Shown: positions 54,250-64,000 of the stretch, in pieces
Layout of the letters: the number at the start of each line of letters is the position of its first letter
How positions within the stretch are numbered: position 1 is the first letter of the stretch
Assembly: GCA_951406725.2 (NCBI GenBank)
Contig: OX597840.1
Coordinates: forward strand, 26,102,001-26,166,000
DNA length: 64,000 nucleotides
Direction of reading: 5' to 3'
Origin: Octopus vulgaris
Lineage: Eukaryota
Notes under the pieces: model-generated
Databases searched by the model: none
What the model was told of the DNA's origin: nothing
What the model saw: the letters and a program-made list of their open reading frames with translations, nothing else
Made by a program: the position numbers and the translations under genes

Positions 54250-55666
54250 ATGGATTTCGACTTGGCGTCGAGGAGTGATTTTCCCGCGATGGGAACAGGT
54301 GAATTGGGGGACACTGAGGTGACAAAGCGGTCTTTTTCGGCCGCGGTGGGCGGAGCCATGATGGACGTTGAATTCGGGATCGAGCAACTGTTCGAATTTG
54401 GGAACTTGGTGAAGGTGGAAGGAGGCGAAATCAGGCGAGGGTACAAGAGGTGAAGGAGAAAGCAGTTGTATACAGGGTGTATAGCTGCAGGGAGGGGAAG
54501 ATTATGGACGTCGGAAGCGAAATGGTCGAGAAGTGCTTGTCCCCGGTGTGGGACGGGGTTCGCCGTGTCGTTCGAGGTGCTCGCGGCGCTGCTGTTGAAG
54601 CACATTTTGACTCGGCTGAGGTGGAAGGGGGGTGTCATCATTGACCCTGAAAGGTGATGATATCATGCTGCTGCCCTCGTATATGGGAGGAGGAGCGGCT
54701 GAACTGCTGGTGGAGGACATGCCGAGAGGGTGTGATATGGTGTGGGTGGCAGCGGCGGTCCTGCACAGTGTGGAGCGGGAGGTTTCGGTTCTGCAGATGA
54801 GAGGGAGGGAGGAGGTGCGCTGGAGGGGACGGACGCTGGAGCTCCTCGTTCAGGCGGAGAACAAGATATTGGAGAGCCTGCCCGATGGGATATTTGACGA
54901 GGATGGAGCGTCCATGGGAGTGTCAGTGGAGGGGCGCAGACCTAGATGTTTTAGATGTGGCGAGAGGGGTCGCGTCCGCTCGAGCTGCTTAAAAAAAAAG
55001 AAAACCAACGAAGCCCCTCCTCAAAGTGCTTCAAACACTGAAGGGGAGAAGGCGGAAAAAGAAAACAAGACGACGACAAGCAAAGAAACAGAAACGGATT
55101 GTATCGAACAAATGGATTACACACAGGTGACACACAAAAGAAAAAAAGACAACACCCTGGACTCCCCTCCCCAAACAAGGAAAAAATCAGCAAGCACCGC
55201 AGACATACACACAAAGCAAATTCCCCAGCCCTACCCCCATGGCACTGTATTCATTGGGAAACAGTTCGCCAAGCCCCTCCCCATAAAACAAGATGTGAAA
55301 AAGTCTTTAAATAAAAATGATAAGATCATTGCTTTTGATGAAAAAAACGAAAGGGTATATAAATACTATAAATTTTCAAAATTTAAACTATTTAGCAAGG
55401 CTACAGACATAAAAGCAACCACTCGCTTCGCAAAAATAAAGGAAGACGAGTGGAAGGAGGAAATACTACAAGAACATCTAAAGAATAGACTGATAAGAGA
55501 CGTAACAAAAGAAGTACTGGAGGGTAAACTTGTTATAACCCCGGCAACCACACCTACCCAGAGCCCGGTGGCAACGCCGGTTAAGAGCCCTGCAGCTACG
55601 ACCACAAGGGAGGAAGAAGGGGAAGCGGGCAGATTTAAACTGTCATGCTCCCTTTCTCAACCGTAA
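54250..55666 (+). pseudogene. LINE ORF1 (gag-like, zinc knuckle), frameshifted
   Basis: Three abutting frames (54250, 54450, 54632). Knuckle CFRCGERGRVRSSC is C-x2-C-x4-[H>R]-x4-C, followed by a Lys/Thr-rich tail. Confidence 0.75.
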
Positions 55667-55693
55667 GTTCATTTATTTTTTCTCTCACCGACA

Positions 55694-58600
55694 ATGGCTA
55701 AGCTGGGTTGTGTGAATGTACGTGGAATGGGGACGAAATGGAAACAAATTTGTTTCCTGAACGACCTCACGACACATTGAGTAGACATAGCTATTGCAAC
55801 CGAGTCCAAGATGAACGAGGCCCAAGCGTTCTCGCCTCTTCTAAATGGGTTCGAGAAATTTATTTCTCCTAGCCGAGGAAGAGGCAGAGGCGTGGCAGTC
55901 CTTATCAGGAAGAGCTTGGACTTGCAGGTAAGTACTGTCTTTCTGGACCCAGAAGGCAGGCTGGTTGTTCTGGATGTGACCCACGTAAGTAAACAGTCCT
56001 TCAGGTTGGTAGCTGTCTACGCTCCGAACGAGGGTAGACAGACGGGTTTTTTTCGGAACCTGGAGCCCTTTTTAGCGACGTCGAAAACGGTAATCCTAGT
56101 AGGGGACTTTAACACTGTCCTTGAAGCGCGGGTCGACAGTGTTGGCTCAACCAATAGGAAGGGGAACCCTAGCCTCAAGGGTCTACTAGAGAGCTTTGAT
56201 CTAGTGGACCGTTACCGACTGGATGAGCCGAGCGTTCCACAGTGGACGTGGAGTAACAACGACGGCTCACACAGATCGTATTTAGATAGGATATTTATTA
56301 AGAAAAGAGATAAGGATACGTTTAGTTGTCCACAGTTTCACATTGTGCCTTACACGGATCACAAATTTGTGACGTGTAGGATGCAATTAGACAAGTGTCA
56401 TAGACAGGGACCCGGGTACTGGAAGCTGAACAAGGCTATTTTGAATTGTGAAGACTTCCGTACCCGGATTAAGGTGTTAGTACAGAGGGCATTGTGTGGC
56501 ACCATCATTAACAATAGATGGTGGCACTCCCTCAAAAGAGCCATTCGTTCAGAGTCCATTAGATTTAGCAATCAGCTAAGGTTAGATAGGTCTAGGATAG
56601 AGGACGATTTAGTTAAGAATCTAAACGAGGCAATGGAAGCTGGCTCTGCATCCGGAGTGATGGCGGCAAGGACGGTATTGTACCGTCACCTTAACTCCAA
56701 ACACGAAGGTTGCAGAGTCAGAGCTAAGCTACGCGCTGGGAAACGAGAAGGTATTAACGTTGCCGGATGGGCCCGTCGAGTGGAGAGTCAGAGAGGTAAC
56801 AAAGCCTCAATCAAGTCTTTAACTGACGAACAGGGACAAAAGATCTATGGACAGGAGGAGATGCAAAAGTTTCTTCACCAGCATTTCGCCCGCGTGTTCG
56901 GGGGTGGTGTGGCGCCGGAGCGGGGGAGGACCTTAAAGGACTTCCTGGCCGGCGGACCGCGGCTCTCGGGGCGTGAGGTGGAGTGCTGTGAAGAAGCGAT
57001 CACTCCCGCGGAGATAGAGGGGATACTGGCCGGATGCGCCGGGGTTGGATGGTCTGCCCTACGAGTTTTACCAAAGTATGCCGGACTTGTTCGGGGGAAT
57101 ATTGGCAGGCGTCTACACGAACTGGCAGCAGAATGGGAGAATTCCCAGTTCTGTAAGCCGGGGAGTGGTGACGCTAATCCAGAAAGACCCGAGCAAGGGG
57201 GATAACATTAGTAACTACAGGCCCATAACTCTACTTAATGTAGAGTTAAAGATTTTGGCCAAGGTGTTGGCAAAAAGGTTGACGGTTGTCGTGGAGAAAC
57301 TTGTAGGGAGAGCACAGACATGTGCAATTCCAGGCAGGTCGATCCAGGACAATCTTCACCTTATACGCTACACCTTAGATAGGGTGGGTAAATTAACCGG
57401 CAAGGGCGGGGTAATGGTCCATTTAGACCAAAGTAAAGCGTTCGATAGGGTAGACCATGAGTACCTGGCGACGGTCCTCGAAGCGGCTGGACTGGGCCCT
57501 GAATTTCGCGGGTGGATCTCCGCTATGTATAGCGGCATCAAGTCCACCGTCCAGATAAACGGTTACCTAACGGAACCGTTTTCGATCGAATGTTCAGTTC
57601 GTCAAGGGTGCCCCTTGTCACCACTTTTGTACGTGTTGGCTCTTGAGCCATTGCTGCGAAAGTTGGAGAGGCTGGGAAGGAACTCGGATGAGATCGGAGG
57701 TGGGAGGACGGTTACTGCTTATGCGGATGACGTCACCCTCATCGTGTCCAATGAGGCCCAGCTACCTTGTGTGGAAGAGGCTATCAGAGGATACGAGGCG
57801 GTGGCAGGAGCAAAGGTTAACAAGGACAAGTCGGTTGGCTTGCGCCTCGGCACCTGGAGGAACAAGTCGATATCGTCCAGTGTCGTGGGACACTGGACGG
57901 ATGGCCCTGTTAAGTTGCTAGGAGTTTGGTTTGGGCCAGACTCCCAAACGGAGAGGAACTGGAGTGAGGTGACGAGCAAGGTGGAGGCCATAGTACGGAC
58001 CTGGTCCGGAAGGTTTCTGTCCTTGAAAGGAAGGGTGGAGGTGGTACAGATGTTCATTGCATCTGTAATCACTTACCGCCTGACCGTTGTCCCTTGCCCC
58101 GATTCATGGCTTAGCAAGTTGGAGCGAATCCTTTTCCGCTTTTTGTGGAAGGGAGGAAAGCCACTTGTGAGGCGCTCCGTTTGCTGCCAGGAACCGTTAA
58201 AGGGTGGGTTAGGAATGCCTTGGTTGATGATGCGCAGACATGCGTTGAGGCTGAAGCATCTCTGGCACCACCTGGAGGGTGATAAGGTGTGGAGTCCGCT
58301 GGCAGGGGAATTTTTCCCGAGACCGGCCTCCTTAGTGAATTTTAAACCCGGTCGCATCAAAAGATGGAAACTGACTTTATGGCAAAAGGAGTGCCGACAG
58401 GCACTCACGCTGATCCACAAGGCGGGCAAGGCCGGCTGCGGAAATACCACCTCGGTATTTTATAGAAGGCTGGTAGAGGCAAAGAACGACGACGTCCTAG
58501 GAGGGGCTCTGGGGTTTGACGAGGACCAGCTTACCAACCTGTTTAAAAAGACTTTCAGGACGGGGTACTTGGATAATTTCCAAAGATCCCTCGCCTGGCA

Positions 58601-59069
58601 GTGCTATAGGAATGCTTTACCTGTTCGCGAGAAGTTATCGCGGCACGGAATTTCAGTGCCACCGACGTGTCCAAGGTGCGAGTTGGACGATGAAACCGTC
58701 CAGCACGCTTTTGTACACTGTCGGAAGTTGTCCGACTTGATAAGTTACGCAGAACACGTGTTATCGCATCTGGGACGAGTACAGCTGTCGGCTGAGTCTA
58801 TGATTAAGATGATACCGCCAACTGGACTCTCGAAGGAAGGTGAGGCATGTTTTCACTGCACAGTTGCAGTAGTAAAAGAATGCATGTGGCGAACAAGAAT
58901 GGAAGGAGTCGCGATAGGATCCTTTGTCTCGGGCCCCGGCTTGCTCACTTACTTCAGATATCATCTGAAGAGCAAAATGGGGCTGGAAAAGAGGATCTTA
59001 CCACGGGGTGTGTATGAGAAAAGATGGAAGGAAGTGGAAAAAAAGGTGGGTGTCAGAAACCCAGCTTAA
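55694..59069 (+). pseudogene. LINE ORF2: AP endonuclease plus reverse transcriptase, with a premature stop and a frameshift
   Basis: Starts MAKLGCVNVRG, with an in-frame TGA at 55778. APE motifs are VYAPN, GDFN, SYLDRIF and TDH. A frameshift near 57040 removes the expected KSP before GLDG. RT motifs are YRPITLLN, KAFDRV, RQGCPLSP and YADD; the C-terminus has CPRC...HAFVHC. Confidence 0.92.
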
Positions 59070-60544
59070 CTATGGAGGGAGGAGAGGAAACAAAAGCTGC
59101 GGGGCCTTATAAATTGCCGGGGTTTATAACTTCGGTAAGATCGAAAGTTTATGTAATGTTATAATATTCTATTGGTCATGTAAAGGACAATTTACAGACG
59201 AATTTTTATAATGAATAATCCAAATGTTATGGAAAATTTTTAATCGAACCTCTTAACTGTTTTTTGCATGTATGTCCTGTATTTGTCCTTTTATGTAACG
59301 ATTGTATAATCGGAATAAAGAAATAAAGAGTTAGTTCCCCTTGTCAAATCTCTTCCTAATTAATTGTATTTCTTGCTCTTGTTCCTCACGCACCTTGATT
59401 GTTTAATCAGTTCCACTTTACGACTGATATTTAAGAGAAAATCCAATCAAATATATACAAATGATTGGTAATTAACTGTCTAAACAAACAGATACAGCAT
59501 TTTTATTACATTGACCTGCGAAATATGAAGTAACGTTCGTTGTGAGAAAGGAAGAAATTCTCTTGAAGCTGTCAGAGTCCGCTCTGACTCGTTGACTCTC
59601 TCTTTATATCAATTACTATGTAAGTATTATAAAGACATTTCTATTGTATTAAGTATCATATTACGTACATCTGTTTGTTTCCATGTGTTGAATAAGTCAA
59701 AAGAAAGAATCTAACCAAACAAAGAAGAAATTATATGAAAGTAAGGCTGTTCTTTTAATAATTACGATGTAATTTGTAACAAAAGATGGGGAATGTATAA
59801 AAGTACGATTGTGCACTTGAATTGCTGAAACGAAAAGGCAATATGGTATCCAGACGAAATGAAAGGGCTTTGAATTGAAACACTAGAAACTACCTAATTT
59901 GACCAAAAATAAATGTAAAAATCCGTTTATATAATATTTTACTCAAAAATTTGTAGATAAGATAAAAAAAAAACCTACACGACATATAAAATGAAGGCTG
60001 ATCTCCATTGTTTAAAAACTATCGCCTTGTGAAATTTAGTTTACTCTAATCAGTCACCAATAATTTAATTTTCCATGCTTGAAGCATTATAAACATTTTT
60101 ATGTCCATTAAAATATATAGACATTATAATAATAATAATAATCAAAAGTCACTGAGAATGGTTTTAAGTGTGGTTTCACATTTTTATAATTAGGAAATAC
60201 AAAACCGAATTAAGAGGAAACATTATTTTAATTAAGTCATTATGTCGTTTAAAGAAAGAACATAATAAATCCCTGCTATTTCTAGCATGCAAAGTGACTG
60301 CATACAGCATGGGTTACCTTTGAGTTAGTTCACTCTTTTCAACAAACTCCCCTCCACAAACACACTCTAGACCGATTTTGGCCCTTCTTTTCTCCAGACT
60401 GATTCTGGCACTCAAAAAACAGCGGAGAAACCCTTTCGGTTAAGAAAAACAATTTTACCTTTTCAGAGGAGAAAGTGTTTGATATAAAGGCGATTTAGCT
60501 TCACCAACTGAAAGAGTGCAAATGAAAGGTAGTTTGGAATCTGC

Positions 60545-60775
60545 TACAGTGGCACCAGCTTAATGCAACACGAACGTATTAATTTAGAGGAGAAACCAGA
60601 TCACTGTAATATCTGTGGCAAGTAATTCTATCAAAGAGGTAACTTCACTACTCACACAAGAGTTCATGGAGGGAAGAAGCCATATCACTGTGACATCAGT
60701 GATGAATCATTCTCTGTTAGTATTTGCCAAACTAGACCCAAGCATACTCAGACACTGGAGAAAACCCCCTTCAGA
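60545..60775 (+). pseudogene. Decayed zinc-finger fragment inside the G8 intron
   Basis: Reverse-complement copy of 34740-34985. Confidence 0.7.
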
Positions 60776-61473
60776 TGAAAACATTAGATATCTAGTGTCA
60801 TTGACATGTATATTGGTATGTGTGTGTGTCTAGGACAGACTTAATGTCCAGGAGATGTTATTATAATACATGTGTCTACTCCCTGCTATAAACTTCTTGA
60901 AAATAGAGAGATGGGATAAGTTTAGTAGTTCAGATAAAGGATTGCTTCTATAATTTATGAAAACAGAAATGTCATAAATTTGCACTTTTGAATATCTGCC
61001 TTTTAAACATACTTGATGTCTTATATTATTTTTTCTATTCTTTCAGAAAATCACATGAAATTGGCTAAAAAGTATTTTTTACTTTTAAAGAATCATCAAT
61101 GTTTCATGTTTTAAAGACTCTGCAAAGATATTCTACAAACGTATAATCCTGCTCCTATAAAACATTGCCGAGTTACAGTAAAATATTTCCTCTGAGAGAG
61201 AAAGCATTTCTTTACTTCTGTGTCTGAAATGTGCAGAAGATAATTTTCTCTTTTAAATATACTTTGATAGATTTCCAAAGAGTATTTGCAACATTTTTAA
61301 ATATTGGCATTGATCACATTTAGAAGAAATATAAGAGAAGTGATATTTGTTTGGAATAAACTATAAAAACAAAAAGAAGAAAAATATCCATAAATTTTGG
61401 TGAGAGGAGAATTAGTATTGAAAAGTTGTTGATCTGTACAACTTGAAAGATCGATTTTATTTTTCTTGAAGAG

Positions 61474-62662
<1,189 letters not shown>

Positions 62663-64000
62663 CACAGTGACATTTGTTGTATGACATTCCGTCAGAAGGT
62701 GAAGTTTGTATCTCATAAAGAACTCTACACATGATAGAAACTATATGAATGTGATATCTATGGTAAATCTTTCATTTGAAATTATCCATTATTGAATCAA
62801 AAGAGCATTGACAGAGGAAGGAAAACATATCACTGTGATAGCAGTGCTGAATCATTCTTTGAAAATGGTGAATTGTTTGTACACAGTCATATTAATATGA
62901 AAGATAAAACCATACCCTAAGACATTTGTGCTAAGTCAATCTATGAAAATGATCAATTATTAAAACATAACTGCATTCATACAGAAGAGGAACCATATCA
63001 CTACAATGATGATAATCATCATCATTTAAAATTCTCCTATTCATGCTTCTGTGGATCAGATGGAATTCATTGATGGAGATTTTCTACATCTGGGTACCTT
63101 TCTTGTGACCAATCCTCACCTGTTTCCAAGCAAGGAAATATTTTCCCTGGTGAGACATATTTACGCAGAGGACTGGAAATGAACAACTGCACAAGTATGA
63201 CGGTCATGATGGCCATTTACGGACATCACATAATATCTGGACAAGGATACACTCACTTGTGCATACACACACACACGTGTATATATGTATGTATGAAGAA
63301 TTTCTTATAGGAGATATTTTACATGTTTTCTCTTTGTCTAAAAGTTTGTAATTCCTATTAGGTAATGAAACACATGTAATGCTGAATAAATACTATCAAA
63401 CTGTTTTCCAGTCTTCTTATGTGATATGTAATTACTCTGCAAAAATTATTGATCCAAACCTCAGACAAAAATAATATTTATGTATATATATAATAACCAG
63501 CTTGTTTGTACAGCTGTTATACTTTCATTAGATTAGTGGAATAAATGAGGGGTGGGGACAGAAGTGGAGAAAAGGGAGGGAGAAATAGAGTAAGGTGATC
63601 TTATAATAATTCTGTTTCTCATTCTGTTACTTAGCTCGTCAGTAACACTTTCATGTTATTAGAGAAAAGGGGGTAGAGAGAGAAAAGATGATAAGACAAA
63701 GAGCGAGGCAAATAGAGAAAGAAAGGAAAGGGAGAGACAAAAAGACTAAGAAAGAAGCAAGCATGACATGTGATAGGGGGAATGTAATAGTTATTTTATG
63801 GTTAAAAAAGCTAGCTGAAGGTTGTGATATAGAGAATAGTTAGAAATATAATCTTAGCAGAGGGGTGATGTTCTGATGTTGATATTAAAGGAAGGAACAG
63901 AGAGAGAGAGAGATGATGATGATGGTGGTGGTGAGTTGATTTCTCTTTCTTTATAGAGACCATCACTCAACACTTGCACTTCTTTGCAATTATTCTTTTT

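Larger units (their letters stand above)
54057..59326 (+). mobile_element. Full-length non-LTR retrotransposon, L1/Tx1-like, inactivated
   Basis: 17-bp TSD agagttagttccccttg (54040-54056 and 59327-59343). Contains ORF1 and ORF2 (APE, RT, Cys-rich C-terminus) and tandem AATAAA at the 3' end. The empty paralogous site is at about 14495-14520. Confidence 0.93.

Noticed and set aside
54057-59326. Active autonomous LINE or a domesticated RT acting on the ZNF arrays (DGR-like)
   Set aside because: ORF2 has an in-frame stop and a deletion-frameshift, and ORF1 is frameshifted. It is an ordinary TSD-flanked insertion absent from the paralogous site, and no template/variable repeat pair was seen.

Overview
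AT-rich eukaryotic DNA holding a cluster of eight C2H2 (Kruppel-type, TGEKPY-linker) zinc-finger genes, labelled G1-G8, with orientations + - + - - + - +. The repeat content and finger style suggest an octopus or other coleoid cephalopod, but this is inferred. Each gene appears to have a shared promoter block, a short non-coding exon 1, one intron, and a large exon carrying a fingers-only CDS with no effector domain. Each 3' UTR is made of decayed fingers. The cluster forms two large imperfect palindromes (about 2.4-28.7 kb and 31.6-64 kb). The genes are mosaics of two 5' modules (alpha, MS[E/K]EL; beta, MYKMS) and two 3' modules (A, ...HTG-TAG; B, ...EVD[P/A]), and all four combinations occur. 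This points to crossover, inversion or gene conversion inside inverted finger arrays as a way of shuffling DNA-binding domains. Interspersed elements include a full-length but inactivated L1/Tx1-type LINE with a 17-bp TSD, two copies of a solo LTR, tRNA-derived SINEs, MITEs, RTE/CR1/mariner fragments and a hammerhead-like motif. Empty paralogous sites for several of these help order the duplications. All alignments were done by eye, and G8 and parts of G6 may contain consensus errors.
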